Assembly (NCBI RefSeq): GCF_039555335.1
Contig: NC_092647.1
Location: 18,820,946 to 18,884,945 of the forward strand
From: Amphiura filiformis
Taxonomy: Eukaryota
Direction of reading: 5' to 3'
Length of the DNA: 64,000 nucleotides
Under the pieces are notes generated by a model that saw nothing but the letters and a program-made list of their open reading frames with translations, made no database searches and had not been told where the DNA came from. The position numbers and the translations under genes are program-made. Below are positions 44,361 through 56,494 of the stretch, in pieces (the first letter of the stretch is position 1; every line of letters starts with the position of its first letter).

Positions 44361-46236
44361 TAATGATACTGAGATAAAATTGTTACTAATTTTGAGTTAG
44401 ATTCAGAATGCCAAAATCGGGGACTTCACAAGTGAAAAAAAAATTTCCACCATACTCCCATGGGACCAGGATTTGTACCATTCGAGAATCGAGACAGTAA
44501 CGTTTGCTTACTACTTACTTGAGAACTCTAGCTTCAAATTTGCACACAATAGTTTTACATGTACAGCTTTGTACGCATTCGATGCTATCATGCTCGAGTC
44601 CATTTGCTATCATTATTTCAGTGGATCTGCCAATCAGCACTGACATGTAATATTTCTGCTGATTTTGATGCAAGTTAAAATTTGATTGAGTCAACTGTGT
44701 ATTTTAAGGAAATGCTGCCTATTTTTAACAGTCTAATATTTAGTTGAAGTGCAAACTGCAATTTTAGCAACATTTTTGATACGATCTCCAGCAGTGATCG
44801 GCTGTATTTACTTACAGCTTCCCTAGCCATTGATTTCTAAGTACTAGATTTTGATAGGTCAGGACTCGTCTTTAAATAGTGTGAAGCTATCTGTGACAAA
44901 TTCGAAGCTAGACTTCTCGTACAAGCGTTCATGTGTATTGTGTAATTACACACACAATCACATGTTTATAAATTAACACTGTTTGAAGGCCGCAGTCACC
45001 TCGCACCACATCCCGAACCCCGAAGAATCCCTAAGTATAATATGTTGTAGTAAACCTTTGATGAGCCCGTACGTACCGTGATGTTGCAAAGTCAGAGCTA
45101 ACAATGTGTTATGTACGGCACAAAGTTAATTTGTAAATTTCCACTGACTCCACATCAGCAGATCACCTCTGCAGAGCTCTGCAGACAACAATCAGACAAG
45201 TGTGTTCCAACAAATGACTGAGTAAATTTTGTGATGTACACTCTCGTCAAAGGTTTACTCATGTACTCCAAACGCCATGCCATCAGACAGAATCAGTATC
45301 ATGCATGCATGCAATGGCTAGTATTATAATATATTTATAATATTCCAGTGTAATAGTATGTGTGCCATGTACAAATGTGAAATGATGTAAACATTCATTG
45401 TAATGTACAGATGACAGATGTATCATGCACGGGATCATGCAGGAATTTTAGACGGGACTATATGGACCTAGCCTGCGCCTGTCGAGCTGTATCAATAAAA
45501 TCAACAGAAATCAGTTCGTTAAGTACTTACTTTCTCGTTTTGAGATTTTCTTTCGTGCTCAAAATTACCAAATAGATGTTGAAAATTCGTTCAATTTTCA
45601 ATCAAATCTGCTCCCGTTGACAGATCGTGCCACGGCGAACGAAATCAATCAGCTGTTCAAAGGTCAAATCAAATTGATCAGGTCAACAGTCACTTCCGTT
45701 TCCCCGAAATATGGGGAACCAATCAGAAGAGTCGTTATATGTGCTCTTTTGCAGACTGTTTGTTAGGAGGATCGACGAGTGTCAGACCGACGCAAACTGG
45801 CTGTGTAGGAGACTACTGCCAGGTAAAGCGTTTAAATGACGTCAGGTCAGTTACCAATTTAATGGACGAAGCCGTTTGCCCGAAGCAATGATACCACTTG
45901 TATGAGTAGCCAGTCGGCAAATATTTATTTTTCAACCTCATTGTATACACCACCAAATTCTTTCGACAAGTTTTTTTTAATTACACGTTACCTCTCGTAG
46001 GTTCTAGATGAATAAGAAGAGGTGTTTGTACACTACCGAAGAACGAAGAATAACGGACGGAGATTCAGTGAAGAAAGAAATTGTTCTAGATACACACCAT
46101 ACACATCGAACTTCTATTGACGCAGTACTAAAGCACTTACTTTGCTGAGAAAAGTAAGCACAAGTACACGTGGATTGATTTATTATAGGACTTGAGTTTG
46201 GAATCTTACCTTCAGAATTTCATAGACTAATGACTA

Positions 46237-46462
46237 CCCAGCAAACACACAGCGTTTTACAGAACATGTTTAAATGTCGGGTTATATAAAAACGTTCTAA
46301 TAACATTCATAAAACATTTTTGAAAGCGTGATGCAAAATATTTTAACAGAATGTTATTTAACTGTTGACAAAATATTTTGCCAATCTTAATATCATGACA
46401 TTTAAATGTTATTAGAAAAAACGTTTTGAATAACCGTTTTAATAACATTTTAGTGTTTGCTA
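46237..46462. mobile_element. solo MITE-a unit (about 225 bp), TA-flanked on the left, right TIR degenerate
   Basis: TA+CCCAGCAAACACACAGCGTTTTAC..TAAATGTCGGGTTATATAAA..AATAACATTTTAGTGTTTGCTAG. Confidence 0.55.
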
Positions 46463-46578
46463 GCTAGACACAGAAACAGTTAATTGGATTAGCAAATACA
46501 CTCAGTTGATAGCAAACGCTCTCCAAAAATTAGGAAGACAAATTTAATGAACAAACTAAATTTTAATCACAAAGTAAC

Positions 46579-47241
46579 TTAAGGGCTGGGGTATGAACGT
46601 TTGGACAGTATTTATTGTGGGACATTAGAGCACATCAGACATGTCGAATTGCATTCTGAATACGAAGAATGTCATTCTGATATCAAATAATTTTGATTTT
46701 TGAAATTCGCAATTTAATACACATTTTATGGCAAATCATTAAAATTGATATTTTTGATATTTAACAGTACTTGAAGTAAACTTTATAAATCTGATGATTT
46801 ATACTTAAAGTGTATGTAGGTGGGATGAAAAGCCGACGATCAATTGAAAATTTTGACCTTTCGTATTGAAAATATGGATTTTTTCCCAAAACACCAAAAA
46901 AATTAGGTCTTTTGGGAAAAAAATCCATATCTTCAATATGAAAGGTCAAAATTTTCAATTGACCGTCGGCTTTTCTCCTGCTACATACACTTTAAGAATA
47001 TGTCATTAGATTTATATAATTTACTTCGAGGACTGTTATATATCAAAAATTTGAAAAATATCAAATTTTTACAATTTGTCATAAAATTTGTATTATATTG
47101 TGATTTTCAAAAAATGGAAATTATTTAATATCAGAAAGACATGCTTCGTATTCAGAATGCAATTCGATAGGTCTGAGGTGCTCTCATGTCCCATAAAAAA
47201 TACTGTCGAAACGCAATAAACGCTCATTTTAGATCCCTTAA
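46579..47241. mobile_element. TTAA-flanked foldback element (655 bp, 46583-47237) with termini GGGCTGGGGTATGAAC.../...GATCCC
   Basis: TTAA at 46579-46582 and 47238-47241. The arms are near-perfect reverse complements meeting at about 46905. A near-identical copy lies at 59425-60091. Confidence 0.7.
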
Positions 47242-47294
47242 CAGAGAAAAATGATACCTAAAAACTGCATTGCTAGTGTAAAAATTTGTTTTGT

Positions 47295-47400
47295 AACATT
47301 TACGTAAACATAGATTAGGGGCTCTGCGATAATAATGAACCTCAGAGCAAAATTTCCAAAAGGACGTGCCAAAAACCGCTTCTTCCCCCCTCCCTCTCGG
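47295..47400. mobile_element. MITE-c fragment
   Basis: GGGGCTCTGCGATAATAATGAACCTCAGAGCAAAATTTCCAAAAGGACGTGCCAAAAACCGCTTCTTCCCCCC. Confidence 0.4.
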
Positions 47401-48021
47401 CCTGTCACATACATCCCCATGAGCACCACCAAACATTTTATGGAATTTTGACAGGTTTCATGTGTAAAATATCCGGTCCTCTTATGTGCTTTCGGCATGT
47501 TGTAAGATATTCATTTAATTTATCATCTTGTATTTGGAAAATTTAAATAACTAATGGGCATGTGAAAGTTTATGCTTGACCACGCCCATCTGATGATTTC
47601 TCGTTCAAGATAGGTATAATACTATAACGACATTAACACATCCAGTTAACATGGTTACCATGTACTTAGTATGCGGGCTTCTTTGTGCGAGCAATGATTC
47701 CGGCCGTTATGGCAAAAGAGCTCCTCGCCATCTGGGATCGAAACTATTGTAAATAAATTTTAGCAGTGAGAGCTGCGAACAAATTCTAAACAATTTTCTT
47801 GTGCATATCATAAAATAACAACAACAAAAAAAAGTCGGTTTCCAGCTTTAACCCGAATTTGCCGAGTGCAGATAAATAAACATTTATTTCCGCAAGAGGA
47901 CCAGTCTATCATGCGTCGAAATTGAAATCAATCCTAATTTTAAGTGTAAGACATCCCTTTTGGATGAATTAGTCTATTTTATTATCATGCTATCTGACCT
48001 TGCGAAGCCTTCATTGCAGTA

Positions 48022-48327
48022 TCAGCATATAATTATGTTAGGCTTCTCTTTCGTATGAATTCGTTCATGAGTTTTTAAGCTACATGGCTGTGTGAATCCA
48101 TTGCAGTATTGGTATATGCATGGCTTCTCTTTCGTATGGATTCGTTCATGTGTTTTCAATTCACTAAACTGTGTGAAGCCTTTATTGCAGTGTTGACATC
48201 TGTAAGGCGTCTCGTTTGTATGAACAAGTCCATGTGTTTTTAAGCCCCCTGACCATGTGAAGCCTTTATTGTAGTATTGACATCTGTAAGGCGTCTCTTT
48301 GGTATGAATTATTTCATGTGCTTTCAA
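48022..48327 (-). CDS. ZF gene E distal fingers (after a 4-bp frameshifting insertion at about 48370)
   Basis: Finger motifs. The terminal sequence at 47940-48020 is shared with the 3' ends at 25305 and 55925. Confidence 0.6.
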   Translation of the reverse strand: MKAHEIIHTKETPYRCQYYNKGFTWSGGLKTHGLVHTNETPYRCQHCNKGFTQFSELKTHERIHTKEKPCIYQYCNGFTQPCSLKTHERIHTKEKPNIIIC

Positions 48328-48352
48328 GTTACCTTTCAGCGTGAAGCCTTTA

Positions 48353-49357
48353 TTACAGTATTGACATAATTATGTAAGGCTTCTCCTTGGTATGGGTTCG
48401 TTCATGTCTTTTCAAGTGACCAGACGTTGTGAAGCTTTTGTTGCAGAGTTGGCATAAGTAAGGCTCCTCTCTCGTATGAATTCGTTCATGTGCTTTCAAG
48501 CTACATGCCTGTGTGAATCCTTTGTTGCAGAATTGGCAAGTATAAGGTTTTTCATTGGTATGAATTCTTTCATGTCTTTTCAAGCTATATGACAGTGTGA
48601 AACCTTTATTGCAGTATTGGCATTTGTAAGGCGTCTCTTTGGTATGAATTCTTTCATGTGCTTTCAATCCACTAGACTGTGTGAAGCCTTTGTTGCAGTA
48701 TTGACATGTGAAAGGCTTCTCTTTGGTATGAATTCGTTCATGTGTTTTCAAGTGACAAGACTGTGTGAACCCTTTGTTACAGTATTGGCATATGTAAGGC
48801 TTCTCTTTCGTATGAATTCGTTCATGTCTTTTCAAGCAACTTGACTGTGTGAAGCATTTGCGGCAGTATTGGCATATGTAAGGCTTCTCTTTGGTATGTG
48901 TTCGAGTGTGTTCTTTCAAGTCACATGACTGTGTGAAGCCTTTTTTACAGTATAAACATATGTAAGGCTTATCTTTGATGTGGGTTCGTTCATGTACGTT
49001 TATATTACTCACGATTGGAAACGTTTTTTCATAACGTTCACCTTGGTAATATTCCAATTGCGAATCGTTCTCATTCATTTCTTTGCTTATTGAGTCATTT
49101 CCACGTGTCCAATGGTTTAGAGATGGTGATGTCAGAAAACCATCTGTTCTGCTATCATCGGCGATGCTTATCTTACTGCTTGGTATTGGTATCGGTATCA
49201 ACTTCTTCTTATAGTCATACCAGTATGCACGAATCCACAGCTCATGATGACGCAGATGACGAAGATATCGATGATTATTATTAAAGAACCTTCGTCTGCA
49301 ATATTTACACACGTGAGGCATTAGATGGTCCCATTCTCTTGGTCTTCTTAGAGGCAT
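48353..49357 (-). CDS. ZF gene E: N-terminal domain plus about 7 fingers
   Basis: ORF of 334 aa. ATG at 49355-49357 preceded by TTTCAG. Confidence 0.8.
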   Translation of the reverse strand: MPLRRPREWDHLMPHVCKYCRRRFFNNNHRYLRHLRHHELWIRAYWYDYKKKLIPIPIPSSKISIADDSRTDGFLTSPSLNHWTRGNDSISKEMNENDSQLEYYQGERYEKTFPIVSNINVHERTHIKDKPYICLYCKKGFTQSCDLKEHTRTHTKEKPYICQYCRKCFTQSSCLKRHERIHTKEKPYICQYCNKGFTQSCHLKTHERIHTKEKPFTCQYCNKGFTQSSGLKAHERIHTKETPYKCQYCNKGFTLSYSLKRHERIHTNEKPYTCQFCNKGFTQACSLKAHERIHTREEPYLCQLCNKSFTTSGHLKRHERTHTKEKPYIIMSIL

Positions 49358-49439
49358 TCCTGAAATGAATGATGAATAGCAATCTGTCTAATTAAGACAA
49401 CATAACGAATCTGAGAAAACCATTTCATTATCGGGATTA
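49358..49439 (-). promoter_or_regulatory. conserved upstream block of gene E, truncated by a MITE-c insertion
   Basis: Homologous to 7524-7610. Confidence 0.4.
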
Positions 49440-49729
49440 CTTGTTAGTTCTACTTCCATGGAAGGAACTTTTGGCAAGCCGAGGGGTTGGGGGAAAGCGA
49501 TTTTTGGCACACATTCTTGGGGCGCCTTTTAAATAAAATCCTCTAAAAAGACTTGGGAAAACCGTACGGAAACTCTTAAATATGCAAATTTTCCTGCTCG
49601 CTGCGCTTGAAACATGTATATAGACCATTTAAGGTTTGCAAATTGGGATCCCAAAAATTTGGCATGGCGATTTTTGGCGAGCTGTTCGGAAATTAACCCC
49701 CGGGAGGCTCATAATTATTGCACAGCCCC
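49440..49729. mobile_element. MITE-c copy in opposite orientation, left TIR missing, right TIR GGCTCATAATTATTGCACAGCCCC followed by TAA
   Basis: Collinear with the reverse complement of 40016-40342. Confidence 0.6.
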
Positions 49730-49794
49730 TAAGCATACCCAGAACTGAGACAGACATCACTGTAAGTGCATGGAGTGCATATAAAGCACGTATC

Positions 49795-50720
49795 CAACTT
49801 GAAATAATTATATTCCATGCTGAGGTCACTTGCGGACTGTTTTTAGGAAGTTAGTGCTCCTGCGGAGATGTCCAATAATCTCCATCTCAACCACAATCAG
49901 GGTTCTTAACACCACCTGTATAACAGTGCTTTCATGGCTGTGAATCCTACGGTGTTCTTCATGTATTTATAAAAAAGCACACTCTGTCAGTTAAATTATA
50001 ACGAACTTCTGAACAGAGCTGGATTCAACATCTCGCCCAAAACTCAATAGCCACTGGAGCATTTGCAAAAAGAGGTCAATTTTGCTATGTTTATAATGAC
50101 AATCTAAAGTGACTATTATATACATTCATGTTTTTGCGTAAATGTTTTTAAACAACATTAGGATTCCAGAGTGGGTTCTCACTCAGGTCCACCAGGCTGA
50201 AAGAAGTAATTCTGTTGGGTCAACTAGACCACGCGATATATACAAAACAGAGAACCGTTAAAAAGAACACCGAAATTACCATGCTGCGCCTTATGAGAAT
50301 ATTAAACTGGGATTCCTGCCACCATGTATTGGTTGCTTTCGTTTGCAATACACTTTAACATGCGCATCCACAATATGGTTCAATTGCAACAAGTTTAAGT
50401 GTTCTTACTTGGAAGCGGGCTTGGAGGTTCTTGGATATATCCCGTTAAACGTTTCACTTGTAGTAATCCTGAAATTGGCGATTATGATTATTCGTTGAGG
50501 TTCGAGTGCAGTTAATATAAAAAGGTACTTCCAAAGCTGAATAAAGTGGTTCTACGTGTGCTTTTAAAATACCACGTCCCGGTCCCTATGATGCTACATG
50601 AGAGTGAACAATAATTATACGTTATCTGCTTTTTATCAACGCGTCCAAAGGTCGATCGATGTGTACACGATGTAGATCCTGCAGATAAAAGTAGCATGTA
50701 TTTGGATTGAAGATGTCTGT
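49795..50720 (+). repeat. spacer segments B+A copy
   Basis: Homologous to 8278-8520 and 9590-10330. Confidence 0.55.
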
Positions 50721-51354
50721 ATTAGATAAATGTCAACCTTGAGCGCAGAACTTTTGTAATCACAGCCCCATGAAATTTGGCACGGATGTAGAGGTTTCAA
50801 CCTTCAAACTCAAATAGAGAGCTTTTTAAAAATATTTGCTCAGTTTTTGAAGAAAAAGGTGATTTTCCCAATTTTTGGCTGGAAAATACGTAATTTGGAT
50901 TTTAACGATCTCGATACCCTAATTAATATAGATTTTAAAAGTTTATAACCATAGTAGCCATACCAAAATTCATGAATTTATGAATTGGAAGTAAAAATCC
51001 TGTCCGCAATGTGATCTACCTAAAAATCCAAGATGGCCGCCGTTTCTATGTCAACCATATGCGCGGACATTTTCTTCCGCCCATTCAAAATAGTTTCACC
51101 TGAGTACCATGAAAATAGGACCAATATTGCTTTTCCCTCGCAAGCTCTACCTACAACATAGAAAATAATATAAAATAGATTAGAAAATATTGATGAAATA
51201 GCAAGTTTATATTCAAAGGAATCCAAACTAATACAAGAAATATTAGGGGGACAATTTATCTTTATTGAGCTTAATTTTCATCATAAAGTAGCTTCACAGA
51301 GAAATAGGATACGCAAAAAATGCATTGCTAGTGTAAAAATGTGTTTTGTAAACA

Positions 51355-51500
51355 TATTACATAAACATAGATTCGGGGCTGTGCAATATTATTGAGCCTC
51401 CAGGGTCAAAATTTCAAAACGGCGTGCCAAAATACTCTTCCCACTCTCGGCCTGCCAAAAAAATGCTTCCCTTCCCCACTCGGCCTGCCCAAAATATCCT
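51355..51500. mobile_element. MITE-c fragment
   Basis: GGGGCTGTGCAATATTATTGAGCCTCCAGGG..CGGCCTGCCAAAAAAATGCTTCCC subrepeats. Confidence 0.4.
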
Positions 51501-52855
51501 TGCACCCCTCCACCATGTCCACCGTTTGCATATTTAAAAGTTGTCGTAAGATAGCATTATATTAAAAGGTACCCCTTAAATATGTATCAAAAGTTGCTTG
51601 CCACCAACACTTTTGACCTGACAAAAATGGCTTCTTCCTCACTTTTTGGACAGCACCCATCTGAGGATTTCTCGTTCAAATTAGCCACAATGCCTCAGTA
51701 GGACATTAACACATTTACACAAATGTTTGTTCATGGCATTACAATTTTTCAGCTGAGGTTAGAATTAACTCTGATTACAATGGTTGATATACTTATGTAT
51801 GCTAACTTCGCACAGTTATTCTGGCTGCAGTTCCGAAAGAGGAACTCGCTGTCAGGGACGCGTATTTACTTTCTGCAACTATAATGGGCCGCAATAGCTT
51901 ATTAATACACATATGACTCATATATATGTTAATTGCATACACTAATTTAAATGTACTGAATATTCATTAGCAATGTACTGAATATTCATTAGCAAAAGAA
52001 TTAACATGCTGATTAATCCATCATTAACCATGCATGCCCACTACCTCTCCCATATGAGATATGCATCCCGACCCTCCCTACCATCCTGACCATCCCTAGC
52101 ACGATAACCATCCATGCCCACTACCCCTCCCATATGAGATATGCACCAAAACCACTTTGAACAATCGCAAGTGAGAGGTACAACCTCCAAAGTAAAAACA
52201 ACCATAGACTAATTACTATAACTATACAGACCAATCACCAACAGCATAATCTGTTATAGAGAGCCAATCGTTCCATGAAGCACGCAAACGAAAACGCTAC
52301 ATCCAATCTGTGCCTGTTACCGTGTGGCCCGCGATATTTTTGTCGTACATCATTTTGGTAAATTTTGGATTTGTTTCCGTTTTTTATAATTTAACACGGA
52401 ATAAAGCAAAATTTATTGAAAAACAAGATTTACTGAAAAATCAACTGATTTTTCCGAATGTGTTGCAAAAACAAAATCGCATCCCGGGCCCCATGTATTC
52501 AGTTTCAAAGCACTAAACTGTACCATGTGTATGAGCTCTACACGTCTTGCTGTATAAAACCTATGAATTGGAGGTCTTGCTGATTTGAAGCTGGTTGAGT
52601 CTTGTCTGAGACAGAATCAGAAGCAAGCTATAAATTAAATGAATTACGATTTAGTACAGTTGGGTCTGAAGAGAAAGTAAATGATCTCGCTTGCAAAAAC
52701 GACCGAAGCATATCGATATCGATAACCTTCTTGCCTTTCAACAAGGCTTTGCCTCACACCACTCCACGCCATACATAAATTCTGCCAGTCACATTTCCCC
52801 AATATGAAATTTTTTTAAAGTAAAATTTTACTTTTAATTTTACTTCATTAAAGTT

Positions 52856-52946
52856 TGGCGGAGGCGGGGTTCGAACTCACGGCGGCGGACTGCTTTGGAT
52901 ACACTACGAACCCAGCGCCTTAGACCACTCGGCCACTTGGCTTCTT
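52856..52946 (-). ncRNA. tRNA-like pol III unit (type-II tRNA-like D arm and T-arm box): a tRNA pseudogene or SINE head
   Basis: Minus strand reads ..GTGGCCGAGTGGTCTAAGGCGCTGG..GTGAGTTCGAACCCCGCCTCCGCCA, with an A box TGGCCGAGTGG and a B box AGTTCGAACCC at correct spacing. I could not close a 7-bp acceptor stem or a canonical anticodon arm. Confidence 0.35.
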
Positions 52947-55322
52947 GGAATTCATTTGAAACTTATTGAAGATATAATCGCAACTTCAACATAGGCCTAC
53001 CACGTGACAAGCAAAGGCAGAAAACGTACCATATTTTGGAATTTTATTTGCCTAAAAACATTTATGTGTATTATTAGCGCTCAATTATTGTTAACTGCGT
53101 GTTTTATACAAAAAAAATCCAATAATAAACATGATAACTGTGCGTCTGTATGGACAATACATTATATCGATTTTGACACGTGCTTGTGTCTCAGTACATT
53201 TCCATGGTCAGTAAAATACTATAGAGGAAAACCTACCGTTTTCTTGTATACACGTTCGATGTTTTTATCAAATACATAAAAAATCCATTTTAGACCCCAA
53301 ATGTTTTTTCAGGAAATAAAAGATTAGATTACCATAAAAACGAAACAGTAATCTTTTGCCGGGTCTAATGTAATATTCACATAGGATTTTCAACGTTTTT
53401 CTATCCTTATTCTTGCTCAATTAAAAAATATTTTGGCGTATATAAAATTGAAATAAAATTCTCTGCTTCTTAAACGACATCAAATGTGCCACAATTGGGT
53501 ATCACGAATCGTTATATATGATGTGCAGTTAATATTCATATTTTCTTTTATACAGAGGATGCTTCAGTTTTGACAGGAAAAATATTTTCTTGAAAACCCT
53601 CTCACTCGGTTATTTTAAAAAGGTAACCACGCTTCCCTAGAATGTGCAATAAATTAGCATTAAAATTTTTCTTATTCTAACAGCAAGCGTTTCTAGAATG
53701 TATTTTGGCGAAATGTGGTGTAGCTTTGCCTAGAGCACCGTAGTGGGAGCGCCATCTATCTTATTCTACTTCCGGTCTGACAAAACTCGACTTTAACTTG
53801 GAGATCATATACTGCGGGAAATCCAAAAGGTGCCGCTACGTGATTCTGAGGTATTTCAGCCTCAAGCTGACCAATAGCTCGAGCCTTATCCAGGTCTGAT
53901 AATCGAACCATAGAACTTTCTTGCAAATTACCACAATGAAGAAGTGACCATCAAGAGATGTTGATCCATTTGAATCCACATGTAGTAGAACTGTTAATCT
54001 CATCCTAGCACTTTTCATTCAACATGATGTACTGCAAACAACTCTTCATTCATTCTTTTATTTATGCATTAAACCACTCGTTCATTCATTCATTCAAAGC
54101 AATATTGATGAGTGCAGACAATGGTCAGTTTGGCACATTTTCTTAAAGACCTCTCTGTCTTTCAAAGAAAGTTACTCAGCCGTGGAATAAGTTATTGTCA
54201 CAAATGAGATGTCATTGATGACAGAAAAGAACAATGTTTCCACTGATATGAATCAATATGGTGATAGATTTCAAAAATATCTGATATACAGCCGTTTTTG
54301 AGGAATTTATGTGCGCACTGTAACAAATGTCCGTTTTTCGAAATTTCTTGTATGGGCGGGTGTGGATTAGGTGGTTCTGATCACAAAAGGTGTTTTGCTT
54401 ACGGATTTCGACATTTCGTCCGTTAATTTACGGTCATTTTTTACAGTGTATGGTTACATAATCTTACACGTTTTTTGGTACATTTGGCCATTCATAGACA
54501 CGGGCGTTGAAACGATCGGCCCTCATGAACAAGCAATAATTCTCAGTGAATACAAAGCACAGGGACTTCGCCTGCTGGTGGATGGTTTGTGTGTTATAAG
54601 TCTATGAAAACAAAACTGCTAAGAAATTTGATCCAAAATTAAAAGCACACTGCCGAAAAATAATAATCATTATATTTTAAAAAGAAGCAATCTATTGTAT
54701 AAGTATTATAATCCTATAAAGTTTTTTCACGAATTTCAATTATTTTTTATTTTAAGAAAGAAATTGGCATAGATACAGTAACGTAGGCAGGGAGGGCAGC
54801 TTCCCTTCTGAGAAGTCTTGTGAGGGGCGGAGGAAGAGGAGGGCGGAGGGATAAGGTAAATGAGAGGAGGCCTAGAGGAAGAGAGAAAGAGGAAAAAATT
54901 AAAAAGAAATCGATGGTTCAGAACCAGAAAGCCTTAACTCACTTTTTTGCCATTTTGGGATTTTGGTACCACAATAATCGCCAGCATCCACAGATTCTTC
55001 CAATCATAAATCTTTAACACAATCAAACGTCATATTGCAGATTTATAGCGCAATTCTTCTTAGCCACATCTCAATATAGCCAATTGCAGTTAGCCAGAAG
55101 AGTTGAGGCTTTCTGGTTCGAACTCAATGTTGGTCAAACACTGAGATATCTTTCTGGCATGCACAATATTTATTATAATTGCTATTTATATATTCCAAAG
55201 AGAGTTTAACCTGGGTCACTTGAGGTTAACAATAATGTTCAAGTTTCACACTAATCCATCTCAAAGAACTTGTTTAAGTGTAGTTACAGAACTATAATAG
55301 ATAATAGGTAATTGAATGGTCA

Positions 55323-55573
55323 TTAGGGAGCGATCGTTATTTATGGCAGGGGGGAATGGGTAAATTTAGGGGGAACACGAAATTTTTTGTGGTCTTGAGG
55401 GGGGAACTTGAAATTTTTAGTTGAAATTTAAATTTTAAATGGAGAAAATTGGGAAAACAAGGGGGGAACGCGAAAATTTTGAGCGGACGCGAGGGGGGAA
55501 CGCGAAATTTGTTGTCGATATTTTTGCCAAAACACCCATTCCCCCCCTGCCGTAAATAACGATCGGTCCCTTA
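55323..55573. mobile_element. MITE-d (245 bp): 37-bp TIR AGGGAGCGATCGTTATTTATGGCAGGGGGGAATGGGT, TTA TSD, internal GGGGGGAACGCGAAATTT direct subrepeats
   Basis: TTA at 55323-55325 and 55571-55573. The TIRs are read directly. Confidence 0.7.
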
Positions 55574-56050
55574 GCTTCTATTGTAACACATTCCATCCAC
55601 CATTTACAACATTGAAAGTTAGAAGCCGTAAATCAGAGATTTCAGTTAACGCCAAACAAGACGTAACTCAGTACGTACAGGAATACTAAAGAATATCTTA
55701 AATTCCACTATTCTTATATATATTGACATTTGTTATAATGGATAGGATACAACATCCGGTTATTATAGGCTAAACTTGACTTAAATCAGACACTTACATT
55801 GTGAGTTATACTTAGGTTTAGTTCGGTAAAAATATTAAAACCTGTTCTCAAAATTGCATTTCTTGAGTTAAGGCTTTTCTGGTTCTCAACCCTCGAATAA
55901 ATAAATAGAAAGATAACAAAATAATTCGTTCATGTCTCTTCATGATATCACACCTTGTGAAACATTTTTCGCAGTATTAGCATAAGGCTTCTCTTTAGTA
56001 TGAATTCATTTATGTGTTTAGTAACTAGACAGTGGGAAGCCTTTGTTGCA

Positions 56051-56494
56051 TTATTTACCTATGTAAGGATTATCTTTGATATGAACTCTTTCATGCTTCT
56101 TCAAATTATTTGACGCTGCAAAGCTTTTATTGCAATACTGGCATTTGTAAGGCTTCTCTTTGGTATGGATTCGTTCATGTATTTTCAAGTTCCCAGACTG
56201 TGTGAAGCATTTTTTGCAGTATTTACATATGTAAGGCTTCTCTTTGGTATGAATTCGTTCATGTCTTTTCCAGTGACCTGACTGTGTGAAGCCTTTATTA
56301 CAGTATTGACATACGTAAGGCTTCTCTTTCGTATGGATTCGTTCATGTGTTTTCAACTTAAATAACTGTGTGAAGCCTTTGTTGCAGACTTTGCATAGGT
56401 AAGGCTTCTCTTTCGTATGAATTCGTTCATGTGTTTTCAAATTACATAACTGTATGAAGCCTTTGTTGCAGTATTGGCATATCCCAGCAAACAC
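56051..56494 (-). CDS. ZF gene G distal 5 fingers (continuation after the MITE-a insertion)
   Basis: Begins ICQYCNKGF, which completes the linker KETPY|I broken at 57174. Confidence 0.65.
   Translation of the reverse strand: MFAGICQYCNKGFIQLCNLKTHERIHTKEKPYLCKVCNKGFTQLFKLKTHERIHTKEKPYVCQYCNKGFTQSGHWKRHERIHTKEKPYICKYCKKCFTQSGNLKIHERIHTKEKPYKCQYCNKSFAASNNLKKHERVHIKDNPYIGK

Noticed and set aside
52856-52946. Calling this a functional tRNA-Leu/Ser gene
   Set aside because: A and B boxes are present, but the acceptor stem and anticodon arm cannot be paired by eye. Kept only as tRNA-like.
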